Shown here one piece after another: positions 51,135 through 64,000 of a stretch of DNA of 64,000 bases; the first letter of the stretch is position 1, and the number at the start of each line of letters is the position of its first letter. The translations under genes and the position numbers were made by a program. The DNA is from Neoechinorhynchus agilis (taxonomy: Eukaryota; Animalia; Acanthocephala): positions 1,272,389 through 1,336,388 of the forward strand of contig CM121343.1 in the NCBI GenBank assembly GCA_051530055.1, written 5' to 3'. The notes beneath the pieces were generated by a model that worked only from the letters and a program-made list of their open reading frames with translations, did not search any database and was not told where the DNA came from.

Positions 51135-54100
51135 ACCTAGATTAGAGCGATTTTAAAATTCCCGAAAAATTGTAAATCTTCTTCTTTGTGAACAATCAAG
51201 CCTGTAATATTCCTCGTTTTCTAATACTTCCACACGGAAACGATATATTCACTTAGTCAACATGAATCTCTCATAACCGATCGAGCCGAGATTTGTGCGA
51301 TCATCAGATTTTTTAGCGGACTTGAAATAGTAATTGGAATTGAAAGACCGATTAAATAATGCAACACCAAGCAGTGTTCTCTTCAAAAATTAGGTAAGCA
51401 TCAATTGGGAATATATTCACGATCTAATATTAAATTCAAAGATAAATCTCGAAATGCATTTTGACTATATCATTCGTGTGTGTGATAAAAGTCGTACTAT
51501 TACAATTAAAAAGCCGAATTCATAGATTGTGCAAGAAAACCAATTCCAAATACAACAGGTAAGTTCAAAATATGCTCTAAAAAATTAATCAAATCTTTTT
51601 AGGCGACGACCAAGAAGACATTGCAAATGAAAACTCATTTGAAGATTTGCATAGCGATTCCAGTAATGACTGGTCAGGAATGGATAATTATGATGACCAA
51701 ACACATCGAACAATACATCAAGTTATATCGATTACGTTGTTATCGCTGAAACTTCAACCGCTATCGACTGCAGTTCAAAAGACTTTGGCAACTATTCCGA
51801 TGGAACTATAGAAGGAAGAATGCGGTCAGTACGAGTATATAAAAACAAAATCGACCAAAATATAAGATTCGAAGACAGTTGGGAAAAATGCTCTCTTCGT
51901 CCGAGGAATACGACGGAAAATATATTGAAGTAACTGAGTTGAAGCCACCAGACGCTTTATCTACTCCCAGAAGCTACGAACGGGTACATATTTCGTGGAT
52001 AAAACTAATGAAACAAAAGGAGGAAGACGATAAACATACCGATTGGTCCCACGATACTAAGAAATGCCGCGATTATGATTGGAAAATTTTTTCAACAGCG
52101 GTGCAAATAGAGAAATCGACCAATCATCTGATGGCAGCGAAGAATCTCCAGTGCAGAAGCAATTGTGATTCGTTCATTCGACCATTGCGCCAGGACGGCA
52201 GCTAAGTTATCCAGAACGGTGGCGTAAACGTTTATAAACTCTCGGGCATTATATTATGGTGGCGATGCTTGCGTCAAAGCCAGTAAAAATATATAGCGTT
52301 GAAAGATGATAAGAACAAACAAATAAATATTTGCAAGTCGTACCTCGACACAAATATTTGGAATGATAGTGCATTTTATTGGCAACTCAGAAATTCCAAG
52401 AATAACTCAAATAATGCCAAAAACGAAAAAAAGTTTTGAATGATAGATTTTCGTGCTTGCTACCAGCTTTACAAGCAGGTTAAATCATAGCTTCGTGGTT
52501 CGTTTATTATTTTAGTTTTAAATATTTATGTTGGATTTTCATTTACTTCATTGTATCAAACTACCTTAAAGCATAAATAATTATCTCAGTTAGAAGAAGA
52601 TTTATCGACACCACGCAAATAAATGCAAAGATTATTAAGAACTATAATATTTCTCAATACCAAATCGATCAAGGAACGTCATTAGTTCAGTGCGTAATCA
52701 ATATTTATAATGTGCTTTTTAATATTACAGAAGGAAAAATGCTGTCAATAAGACATGTCAATTGCTGTTTTTTTATCAAGAGATAGAATCTACAGCTTAT
52801 TGATTTTTATTGATACTTTTATTCATTGGAAGGGACACTTTCTTTTTGATAGTTACTTTACTCTTGAATTTGACATTCATCTTTTGCATCACTTGATCTC
52901 CTGGACTTTTTTCGACAATCGATAAACCTCAAGCAATTTAATCTCAATAAGCTTATCCAATTCCTCCTTAGATGTTGATTTGTTCATCGGTGTAATTATA
53001 TTTCGATACTACATTTCTGCCCTGAGCTTGGGAGAATCTACATGGATATCGTCTTTTGGATTAATATTATGACGTTCACAAGATAGCTTTTCATTGAATA
53101 TTTTATAGCATTTCTCCCGATTGCTTTTGTATCTCCCATTAAGATGCAATGGTACGAAATGCACACTGAGAGTATTGATACTATTGATTTTTTGGCACAA
53201 TTATCATTTTAGCATATTGGTGAAACTATCATCGTCGTCTTTAGCGCTTCTTTTCCTACTATTTCGTTCATTATTTAAGTTAGATTTATAAGATTGAGGC
53301 CTTTGAACTATTTGTTAAAGAATCACTTCAGCGACCGACGTAGTGCTTGTTGGAATTGTTTGGGATTCCGCAGGTTCAAAATTAGCGTCCATATTTGCAT
53401 TTCAGCGTTTGTAACGTCTTGATAAGTGTCGAAAGCGACACAGTAAAGAATTCCCCAATCAGAATGTTGCAAGTCAGCGGGGTTTTAGTGATATCAAATG
53501 TCATAAAATTTGCAGAAATTGCATTAGTATTAATTTGGGATTATTTGAAAATCACCGGCCATTCGAAGCGCCGCGTCAGGTTTATAGAAACCTTTTTGAT
53601 GTTAAGCAACTGATCTTTTTCGTAGATAATTAGAAAACCTGATAAAGATAGTAAAGCCTCCAAAATCTCGACTAACCATAGTTTCCTAATTTTAGATAGT
53701 TCAGAGCTACAGATTTGAAGTATGACGACAAGACAACCATTCGGGATAAGGGCACCACCAATCGAGGAAAGCGCACAATTCCTGCGGAACTACATCTCTG
53801 GTCAAGCCAATAGTTTCAATCATCCAGATCCACCAACGTTCGACATTATTCACCAAGGTCACCAAATATATAATCCCTTCGATGATGATTTTTACCTCGA
53901 TCGAGAAGTCGAAAATTTTTTGGAAAACACAGAAGATAATACTATAAATAATTGTGCACCTCCGCCCGGCTTTGATGATTTCACTTTTATTTTCAATGAG
54001 TCACCACCAAGCATTGATGAATTCAGTAACAATCATTCATCGATTGGAAATGCAGAATATTGCTTACCTCCACCAGGTTTTGAAAATTGCTCATTTACTT

Positions 54101-55124
54101 ATTACGATAACGAGCCCGAAAACGAAGGATACTTCTCAACTCCACCAGGTTTCGAGAACGTGACTTTTGATGATTACGATTCTCGATCAGGAATGGACGA
54201 ATATGGCTCACCTGTTCTCTATTTTGAGAATCCGGCCTTTAATCACGAGGAGTCATGGAATGGAAACGAAGATTACTACGAGTCGTTTCTCGATTTTCAG
54301 AAATCAACCGTTATATTTAATGAGTCGTCGTTGGAATTCGAAAAATACAGCGAGTTTTTCACTTTATTTAGTGAAATCGAGTCAAAAGAACCTCAAGGTC
54401 CTTATGTACGCCCAGCGACGTGCAAGATAATAGATTTGCAAGACAGTAGCACGCAAACGGAGCCGAATATCGTATCGAAACCTTAGAATGGATTGACAAC
54501 AATAAATAATATTATTTATGCCGTTTACCAAGTAGCCGTTACAGCATTCAACTACTCCAGAATGATATTTTTCTGACCATTCAAAGTTAAGTATCGATTA
54601 TTAATAAAATGTGTTATTATTATATATTTTTGTAATTGTTCGTGAAATTAAAAATGTTTCATATTCGAACAAGGCCTTGGCTCATTAGCACTTATACAAT
54701 CATACAAATCCTTGGGAGCACTTGGTTTTTATATCACACCATTTCTTTATTTGTGGTACCCAATCCTCCAATGTTCTAAATTTGAATTAGTGAGAGCGTT
54801 GGTAAGTGTGTACGCGAATTTAGAGGTCAGGCCAGAGATCGACGAAGCACTCCAGAATCTCTAAACCCCTTTTATTTCTAGACCAAACTTCGTTGTCCTA
54901 TGCGCGTAAACCTTTTCGATGAACATTCTGATATGACGCTTTCCCTTAACAGAATGAGATTTTAAAATAAAATTTGTTTTAAATGAGGTGTAAGGACTAT
55001 TCAATATTCAATTTCGAAGTGCCTGGCAAGTCTTGGAATAGACTATAGGTTAACTTTACAGGTCCGCGTGATGGCGTTTCGAATTTGATAATGATTTCCT
55101 CATTAACGAAATGGGCTGAAGTGA
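51135..55124. repeat. Duplicated block, copy 3 (about 20027-22730 joined to about 26515-28160)
   Basis: Deletion junction near 53405 removes the family B LINE and its flanks. Ends inside the integrase fragment (…gctgaagtgat). Confidence 0.88.
53722..54486 (+). pseudogene. Orphan PPPGF protein, copy 3, premature stop
   Basis: TGG to TAG after VSKP removes the last 30 aa. Confidence 0.55.
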
Positions 55125-55216
55125 TGTTCCCAAGCTACTAAAAATGCCGTAATTATGATTGGAGAATTTTTCAACATCGATGTTAATAGAAAAATCGAGC
55201 GGTCATTTTTCGCTTA

Positions 55217-58200
55217 TGGACTCGTTACCACGCGATCCTCCCGATGGGCCGGAAAAGTCTCAAAACCACCAAATTCCTTGAAGTCAATTTGATTCAGCAA
55301 ACAAGGAGCAAGTGATTGCTGAATTTCGAAACATACAATTTGATGCGACAGACGATGCCGGCAAGGAATTAAAATACATAAACAAGTCAACATGGAAATG
55401 GCCTTATTCCATTTCCTTTAAGGCTAATTCAATCCTTTATCGGGGAACACTCCAAAAACGTCTCCTCACACCATGGTTAAAATCCAATAAGAACGAAAAG
55501 TACAGGATCCGCTCAATCTCGTACTTCGGAGGAACCCTTAAAGTTTAATTCGCCTCCGGCGAAATTCTGATGGAATATGGGAAATTCCTTCAAAATGTGG
55601 ACACGACCAACCTTGAAATGTCGAATACATGTTACTTATCTACATTTATAGTGTCGGGATTGTCCCCAGAAATCGACCAGGAAGATCGAAACAACTTCGA
55701 GAAGCGGTTCGGATGTGCGATACTATTCCTAAAAGGGCAATAAAGCGGCAAACCAATACCGAGAGGAGTAGTCAAAGCACCCGTGGACGTGCAGAACTCC
55801 CCAATCAAAAGCGAATGCTATTTCAACAGTATGCGGATATATTTTACAACCAACCCAATCTCGATGCAGGACGACTATAATTTTGCCAGATGCAGCATTT
55901 GCCATGTATGGGGCACTGGGCTCAAAACTACCCGTCAAAAAGAACGATATTAGCGTTCTGCGCACAAGGTCACCACTTATCGAATTGCCCAAAATCGGCT
56001 AAACATTGCGCCAATGGACGAGATGGAGGATTATGTTCGGGAGGTTATAGATGAGCAAACCAAGGTTTGTGCCAGGAGGAAACATAAGCTCATACCAAAA
56101 AGGGGCCTCATCTGCAATGAGCCTAAGACTGGTGCAGTGGATCTCAGGGGGACTCTTAGCAATTCGTCGTTTGACCACAGCGATCTCTTCATCAGACATA
56201 ACTTTCGTGCAAGAAACTTAATCTCTCCATGGATTAAGCGACCTGCCAATTTCCTTTAGGTTGTTCACTGGATGATTGCACCGTCTTCATTACAGCGCCA
56301 GTCGCGGATAGTTCTCAAGGGCTTTTATCGGTTTTTAAAAGGACATTAAATCCCTAACGTTTATCTCGATTCACCTCCCCTGACTTGTCATGGGATTTAT
56401 TTTTGTTCTGTCTTTTTGGAAGGAATCTAACAGCCTGCAATATCTACATCCGTCCTCGAAAAATACATCTGCCTAAATCAAAAGAGTTATTGTGCAATCT
56501 TCTTAATTCAGGAGTTGACTTTGTCTTTGGTGATTTTAATGATCCGTCTCAAAAATGGCTGAAAGCTGTTATCAAGTCTACAGACTCACATGAAATAATT
56601 TTGCCACAATACCCCACTTTTTCTTCGCAGAACTTTTGATATCTGGACCTGTGCCTTTGGCGTATAGCATTGTGGTTTAAACCCTCTGCGTCGGCCCAAA
56701 TTACCACTAGCGATCACACTGGGCACGATCTTGTCGTTTGGAACCTTTAGAGGAATCAACTTTCATGTAAGAAATTGAAACTTAATGGTTTAAACATCCA
56801 TCTTTTTAACTTGCTTCTAAATCTGTTCTGCTGTGGTAACACAAATGCTAGCTTGGCAAAAATCAACGAATTTGTACGTCTTGTAGGGTGGAAGCCATAG
56901 TCCACGCACTCCGTACATTTGTTATTGAGAACGCCAAACCCTGTGTGATCCTGAAATTAGATTTCCGGAACGCCTTCAATTCCGCTAATCGCGATTCGCT
57001 TTTAAAAGCTGTCAGAGACCACGTACCGGAGGCTTACGGGTATTTTAGAAATTCGTACGAAGCTGCGACCCCTCTTGTATTCAACGATCACATCATTCCT
57101 TCCGAAAGAGGCGTTCAACAGGGAGACCCGTTAGGTCCCATTGGTTTCGCGCTCACAATAAACGAATTAGCGCACTCTCGTGATGCGGAATTCAATGCCT
57201 GGTACCTGGACGATGCTACGCTAGGAGGCGATCCCCAGGTAGTTCTTCGTGACCTGGAGAAAATCAAGATGGGGGCTAGCAAACTGGGCATTGAATTGAG
57301 CACAGAAAAGTGCGAAATTCTATTCTGTAATATAGAGAAGGGTGCTGCAAAAAACGAAATAAAGCACGACTTTCAAAATTTTGCACCCGGACGGGATAGA
57401 AATAATCGACCTGGACCGGCTTAAGCTTTTGGGCAGTTGTGTTTTTGATGCGAATGTCGAACAAGAAATTAACAGCCTTCTAGAGAAATTATCGGTGCTT
57501 TGCAATAGGGTATGTGAGCTTGGATCACACGAGGCTCTGTTCTTGATAAAGAATACCCTCTTCATCCCCAAGTTCCTTTATGCTCTACGCACTGCGCCGT
57601 TTTTTAAGCACAAGGTTCAGCTTGGCAAGCTAGATGACAGATTGAAGGACTGTCTCGAGCAAGTTTTAAATGCCCAGCTGTCAGAAGAGGCATGGCGACA
57701 AGCATCCTTGCCTGTATCTTCTGGCGGGTTGGGCATCCGGAAAACAGCAGACATATCCCTGCCCGCATTTTTAGGCTCCTATGAGGGAAGCAGAAGCGCA
57801 ATTCAGTTCATTTTGAAATCTACTTATCGTATTGATAGGCATTTTGAAGAGGGAATCAGTGAGTGGTGTACACTGACCAACTCCGATCAAGTACCTGTGA
57901 ATGGCCAAAACAATCTGTGTGGAATCGACCTCTCGTCGCAAGAGTTCAAAGCTCTCTCTCTCATCAGACTAAAGCGACGACGTTGTACGTGCCAGGTTGT
58001 TGGCAGTCTCCACTAAAGAATCAGGTGCTTGGTTAAATGCAGTCCCGTTGCCATTTGTGGGTATTCTCCTCTTCGACCAGGCAGTACGGGTCGGAGTTTC
58101 AATGAGACTAGGACTACCGATGTGTCATCCCCACCGTTGCCGTTGCGACACAAATATGGATTCGTCGGGACGTCATGGTCTCATCTGTAGAAAATCAGCC

Positions 58201-59100
58201 GGTAGATTCGCAAGACATGCCGAAATTAACATTTTGCTGATCCGGGCACTTGTTACGGTACATGCCCCCAATATTTTGGAGGGGTGTTCGTATTTCCATG
58301 GCGGGAGGGTAAACGTCGCCTCTGGGACGCCACTTGTGTCGATACACTCGCAGCCAGCAATCTCAAGTTCTCAGTGGTTCAAGCTGGAGGTGCAGCGAGC
58401 GCTGCGGAAGGACGGAAAACGGCGAAATGCCTCGATTTAGCCCGGAACCATGTGTTTGCACCTGTTGGGGTTGAGACCTACGGATCTCTTGGTAGCGAGG
58501 CTCTTCAACTTCTGAAGGATCTGGAGCGACACCTTCAGGTTACAACCGGCGATGCAAGGTCAGGTCAATACCTGATTCAAAATATCAGCATCGCCGTGTT
58601 GAGAGGCAACACTGCAAGCATTCGGGCGACAATTGAGGGCGAGGACGGCTAGGCATATAACAGTTTGTGAGCGAGCGCTAATATAAATACATTTGACTTT
58701 AAAAAAATTCTACCTCGAATGGGATTAGACCTTAATCCCGAAAAAATGATTATAAATTCTCGCTCTACTTCTGGAAAACGCAAGATCAGGGAATCTTACA
58801 AAGATTAGCAGAACTTGGAGGATTCAATGTACCTCAAGAAAATTGATATCTTTGGATTTACTCTCACATCAAATATGAGCAATAAGGCAGGCTTATCCGA
58901 ACTGCAAAAACTTTTAAAAGTTGCGCATGCGAAATTACGAATCACAAACCATGTGATCAAATCGATCTGGAGTTGCTGAGCAGTGTCCGGTTTAGTTTTT
59001 ATTCAAGAGGCCGTCCACCTGAGTAATGTGAAGACACCGACTGGGCGGAGAAAACTAAACAATGGGGCGAATTTCATGTTTAGCTGGCAATTGTAAGACA
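55217..59100 (+). mobile_element. Family J LINE interrupted by a CRE element
   Basis: ORF1 from MDSLPRDPPDG, WKWPYSISF, knuckles near 55890-56010. APE 56190-56750 (NIYIRP, GDFND, YLDL). RT tail resumes near 58700 (LPRMGLDLNPEK, FGFTLTSNM), homologous to 3076-3400. Confidence 0.8.
56885..58690 (+). mobile_element. Diverged CRE element (RT + RLE), frameshifted
   Basis: DFRNAFN, GVQQGDPLGP, WYLDD, GGLGI, WDATC, VGVETYG. Confidence 0.88.
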
Positions 59101-59219
59101 AAAAAGGAACCCTACTTGTCAATCCCATCTCCTCTCTTTCCCTATGGTTTTTTTCGAATATATTATATGTTGTTGTGGAAGTGAGGGGGTTGTTTTAAAT
59201 TAAAAAACTAGTTATACCA

Positions 59220-59973
59220 GGATCATATCGGTGCGATTCGACTTAGGAGGAGAGGATATCACCATAATATCGGTCTATGCCCCTCAAATCGCATGTACAG
59301 AGGAAGAGAAACAGCAATTTTGACAAAGCTTATCGGATACTGTTGCGAACTCGAAGAGTACTCGTTGTGCGATTACAGGAGGCTTCATTGGACATGTGGG
59401 AAATAGAGACATTTACGAACGAGTTCATGATGGGCACAGCATTGGTGAACGAAACGCCGAAGGTGAAAAGCTTCTCGACTTGGTCCTTTCAAGAGAAGTG
59501 CGACCGGCGAACAGGTTTTTCCAGAAAGGTGATAGGCATATTACTACCTATTCGAGCGTTAGAAAATCTAGTCAAATTGATTTCATCCTTTACCCGATAT
59601 TACTATGGAGCGAAATAAAGAACGTCGAAAGGATTCTCGGAGAAGAATGTGTACCACAACATGGAGTAGTAGTAGCAGACTTGACGATCAGAACAAAGAG
59701 GAAACGGTATGCCCGGAAAGTGAACCCTCGAATCAGGCGGTGGTAGATAAATGAAATTGAGCTTCGAAAACGAGCTGGTGATTCGCTAACAGGTCAGCTG
59801 GAAATGGTGGTTTACGATCCAGATGTATACGGTGGAACGAATCATCAAAACTAATTTTGGAGGAAGAAATAGACATTCTTGGGCAGACATCGGGCAGAGC
59901 GCCTCCATCAGGTAAGGAGAAGTGATGGAACCCAAGGGTAAAAGAAGCGATAGGGCGAAAGCAAGATGCTAAG
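59220..59973 (+). mobile_element. RTE-like APE fragment
   Basis: ISVYAPQ, GERNAEGEKLLD, SQIDFIL, GEECVPQHGVVVADL. Confidence 0.8.
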
Positions 59974-60148
59974 TGTGATGAAGGCGATCGATAGATCGCG
60001 TCGATAGCGCTAGTGGACAGCAGTCGCACATGTGCGTATAGAGGGTTTTGGTGTGTTTTGAAGTTTTGAGGAGTGGCTATTAAAAACTCTCCAGTTTCGA
60101 AGCATGAGTGATAGCGATCCGAGTACCACAAGCCATACGAACACTACA
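59974..60148 (+). mobile_element. Putative 5' LTR of a Ty3/gypsy element, followed by a PBS at 60151-60160
   Basis: TGTGATG...ACTACA termini, internal ATTAAA, then AC + TGGCGACGAG, complementary to the 3' end of a tRNA-Ser(GCU)-type tRNA (recalled sequence). Confidence 0.6.
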
Positions 60149-60840
60149 ACTGGCGACGAGTTGCTAAAACGAATCTTGGAACAGCAACAAGAACTATTGC
60201 ATCAACTTCTCACGCGGAACGAAAACCCCAAGAAGGAGCGCGCATTTCCATTCCGTCCGTTCGAAGAAAACAAGGAGACCTGGGCCATTTACAAACAGCA
60301 ATTGAGCTATCATTTCGCCGCCCAGGGGATCGTAGATGATTCAAAGAAACGCGATTTATTCCTCTCATGGATAGGGCCGCCGGCATATCAGCTCATCACA
60401 AGCTTGTGTGCCGGGAAGGGGGTTGAGCAATATGGCTTTCAAGAGGTCCTGAAAATCTTGGACAGCCACTATACGAAACCCGTCCAGTTCGTGACGGCGC
60501 GTTTCGTCTTTAATCAATGCGAAATGAAGTCGGATATGAGCTACGCAGGTTGGATCGCTCAGCTCAGAGAGAAGGAGCGGTTGTGCCTATTCTACGATAA
60601 AGAAATCACTATTGAAAAGCAAGCAATCCAAGATCGAATTCGTGATCACATAATAATACAAAACTCCGCACAATGAAGCTCGGGACAAGGCTCTTCAGAT
60701 GATTTTCCCTTCGCTATCAGATGTTATGAAGGCGTGTGAAACTTACGAAATGCTGAAGGACACAATGTGGAAAAAAGATCCAGTGGACCCGCAAGCAGAC
60801 ACAAACATCGATGAGCTGTCACTTGTATGCATTCTATTGT
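60104..60840 (+). pseudogene. Ty3/gypsy gag, frameshifted and truncated
   Basis: PFEENKETWAIYKQQL, FLSWIG, ARFVFNQC, IRDHII, then ARDKALQ...SLSDVMKAC in another frame. Confidence 0.75.
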
Positions 60841-60849
60841 ATTATATGT

Positions 60850-63240
60850 AACGGTACTTTCCTACGTTGCACCGTAGGTATAAGCCGTCAGATAGAATTA
60901 GACTCCGCAAGGGATCTAAAATAAACGACAGTAGTCCTGTTATGCGGGCAATTCGCGTCTCTTAAAATCAGGTCATCGTATGTACGACAGTTCCCTTTGC
61001 CTTTACGATACAATGTCGTTGGTTTCCAGAAAAGGAAATGTTGTACGACCTGTAAGCAAGATGCCTCGGACCGAATTATATTGCCCTGGCGATCATATTC
61101 GATTGAAAGATTTAAAATTTTCTTCAATATTACTAGATCCAAAAAGGAGTGTTTGTTGGTAGAAATATTGTGAAAGGAAGGATTGTTAGGCATGATAAGA
61201 GAATGGGAAGGATTGACAGCGTTAACAATGGCCCGAGACCATTTCAAGGGTGGATCATTAAAATCTCCCACAATAAGATCGATGTTAACCCCTAGGGGCC
61301 ATTTGATTTTGTCTTTTACATGCGAACGATGAATGAGACCTGGTCTTATGTAAATATTCGCAAGGGAGAGATAGTTCTTTTTGAAAAGTATTTTAAAAAT
61401 ACTGTAAGACAATTCCTCAGAGGAATAGGACATGATCAGTGAGGGAACAAGGGAAGATTGAAAAATTGAAATAAGGCCTTGTGAGGCAAGTCCATAGGAA
61501 GGAAGGACGAAAGATGTGAAAACCGAAGACTTTAAAAGGGGCAGATGAACATATAGTTGCTCTAAATTAAAAACGCTTTTTGACTCTTGATTGAGAGCTA
61601 TGGATATTCCTGGTAAATATCGAGTGAGCTTAAAAAGGTTGGTCGCACCGCCACAATTCCACTGCAACACCTTAACATTGCCTACCTTCTCCTGAGCCAT
61701 CGAGTCAAAGTTTCTTCGCATTGGCATTTGAAATCAAATTGGCTGTTCCGTTGTTGATCAGCCTGGATTGGGCTTCAATTATTCTTGCAACGAATTCAGA
61801 AGTTGATTGATCTTCATCCATCACAACATCATCCTCGTGCTGTGAGCGAGAGCCACCATTCGGCTTTTTGGCTGCTCGTGCAACCTTTCCAAACACATTA
61901 GCTCTTTTGAGTGTTGTATAGCTTTGTTCTGGTAAGCACGAGGAAAAAATAGTCTGAATGTTCATTAACTTATCAATTAAGACGCTCATCTTTGTTTCAA
62001 AAGCCAGCATTGCCTCCGTAAAACGAGCTTGCATAATCATTAGAATCTTGTTACAAGCTACATCTAATTTGCTCTCTAGCAGCTCCATGGTTACCACTTG
62101 AGTAGAGGGCACGTTACCGGAAAATCCTGAGAAGTTAGAGTTGGCGTCTTGTCGAAAGGAGGATGTTGGAAGCAATGAATTGAGTTTAGGCGCTACTTGC
62201 TTAGTTGTAGTAATGAGCTTTTTCCTTTTTTCCACCGCGTTAATACGAGAATTCTGAGCCCAGGCCCGGTAATTTTTGAATTCTGGGCATCTTTTGTAAA
62301 AAGACGAATGCTGTCCTTGACAATTTGGGCAATGTTTATTTGAACTGGTACATTGATCCGAACCGTGAGAGGAATCCCGACAGTGACAACATCTTTGTGA
62401 GAAGGATTGGGGCAGTGTTGGCACCAATGGCCCCAATGCTGACAGATATTGCATTGCGGAAAGATGAAATCATCTTGCTCATAGTTTGATTTCATTACGA
62501 AGTTAATTTCGAAGCAGTTGAAGGAGCAAAATTGTTGAGAACATAAGTCATCACGCATATTCCTTTGTCCTTCCACCATGGCAATAGAAATAGGTTGGCC
62601 CGTCCTTCTTGAGTTTAGAAAAACTTTATATTGCATCCAAAAGTTTGTTCGAACTCGTCCCGTTCTTCTTTGCTGAGAGAAGGTTCAACACCTTTATCCA
62701 GAAATTGAACTTGTTGAGAACTGGGCGTAATATCGTAGGCTTCTTTAGGGGGGTTAGATTTCGAAAACTTGACAAGGTGATCCAACCAATTGTGTGAAGT
62801 CAGGTAGATAGGTAGGGTGCCGGCGTAATATGTGATGTGATCGATCCTTTTAATACCATCGTTCTTGAAGGTACGAGTCCACGGACTTACTGCTTGGTCG
62901 TACATGATTTGTTTGGGTAGGATAGGTTTGGTTTTAAAAATGGCTATGAAAGGCCATCTTTTTGTCGGTAAAGAAGAGTATTTTGGAATTTGTTGCTTTG
63001 TCGATGTCAACTGGGAATTGTTTACCAGGACTTGAGATTGATGCTCGAGATCAGAGAGCAACTGCTCTCGCTTCTCCAAGGACATTGGAATTCGCAAGTT
63101 GTTAGAGCTCAGCGAACCACCGACATCCAAACCTCCACGATCATCACGAGGATCGGAAGGTCTCGAAAGGAAATCACCAGAAACAACGCTTTTTTCGTTA
63201 CAACGAAAATTGCGCATGTCGGTTTTTGTCATCCGTAATA
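60850..63240 (-). mobile_element. Family J LINE, 5' half (ORF1 + APE)
   Basis: KRWPFIAIF, ITYYAGTL, knuckles CNICQHWGHWCQHC and CPNCQGQH. APE VLQWNCGG, LNQES, NIYIRP, GDFND, FLDL. Confidence 0.82.
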
Positions 63241-63415
63241 GATCTTAAATGCGTACATACGGTCGATTACATTATCGATCGGTTTAGTACCTGTTTGCAC
63301 AGTTAAATTGTCGTTAATTATTCGAACGTTGTTTTTTTGTTTAATAAAACTCTCCAAGTGCAGTACAATTTATTAAACAAAAAAACAAGCTGAACAACAA
63401 GAAGCAAAGACATTC

Positions 63416-64000
63416 ATGTCAAGTACGGTCGAGACAACCATGCTTAAAGTTACCGATAATCTATTGAAACCCGATAGATTACTCACAGTACCAATCGATA
63501 GCAACTCTCATGGAATATTCGGACACTGGTTTACGACTTTTGAGAATTATATCGAAGATCTTGAAATTGATGACAAAGGAAAATTGATTCGTTTGATAAA
63601 CTGCGTTGAATCGAGGGTGTATGCTCAAATCAAATCTTGCAAAGCATATGAGGAGGCAACAAGCTGTTTAAAAAAAGCATACTGCAGAATCACAAATGTC
63701 GTTGCAGCGAGGTATCGTCTAATAAATCGACGACATGCTGAATCAGAGTCCATAAGGGATTACGTGACCGAACTTAGATTATTAGGTAATAATTGGCAGT
63801 TTAACTGCGGATGATGCAAAGGAGGAAGCAATAAGGGAGTCATTAATTGCTGGGCTATGCTCCGACAGAATGAGACAAAAGCTGCTCGAAAAAGCGAATA
63901 TATCCTTAGAGGAAGCGATTCAGCAGGCATATATTATGGAATAAGCTGAAGCCGATTGCCGCTATTTCAATACCAATCAATACAATTACATCGGAAAAAA
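63416..64000 (+). pseudogene. Ty3/gypsy gag of a second family, frameshifted, runs off the window
   Basis: KPDRL...HWFTTFENY, ARYRLINRRH.ESESIRDYVTEL, then AIRESLIAGL...RQKLLEK...SLEEA. Confidence 0.7.

Noticed and set aside
53405-53420. Copy 3 as a pre-insertion (empty-site) allele of the family B LINE
   Set aside because: The junction also removes about 300 bp of flank on each side, so it is a deletion.
1-64000. Prokaryotic or organellar origin
   Set aside because: Calreticulin, LINE, LTR and R2 elements and a spliceosomal-type intron indicate a eukaryotic nuclear genome.

Overview
Eukaryotic, probably invertebrate metazoan, DNA. The ORF track's TTG/GTG starts and its many antisense shadow ORFs are artefacts. 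One clear host gene is present: the 3' part of calreticulin (1-984, ending HEEL). The rest is a dense graveyard of nested, mostly decayed mobile elements: CRE-clade RLE retroposons (4 copies), an R2-like element carrying 28S rRNA flanks outside rDNA, two related C-rich CR1/L2-like LINE families, a zinc-knuckle ORF1 + APE + RT LINE family (4 diverged members), RTE-like and L1/Tx1-like fragments, Ty3/gypsy LTR, gag and integrase pieces, a Penelope GIY-YIG relic and a MITE. A block starting at 10897 recurs at 41815 and partly at 51135. It carries host-gene relics (including an mRNA capping enzyme guanylyltransferase pseudogene) and an orphan acidic ORF with PPPGF repeats. The strongest signal is an endogenous totivirus-like dsRNA virus RdRp (about 28.9-30.3 kb) lying between a gypsy integrase fragment and a 28S-fragment/R2/28S-fragment cassette. 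Most boundaries were placed by eye and are approximate; no searches were run.
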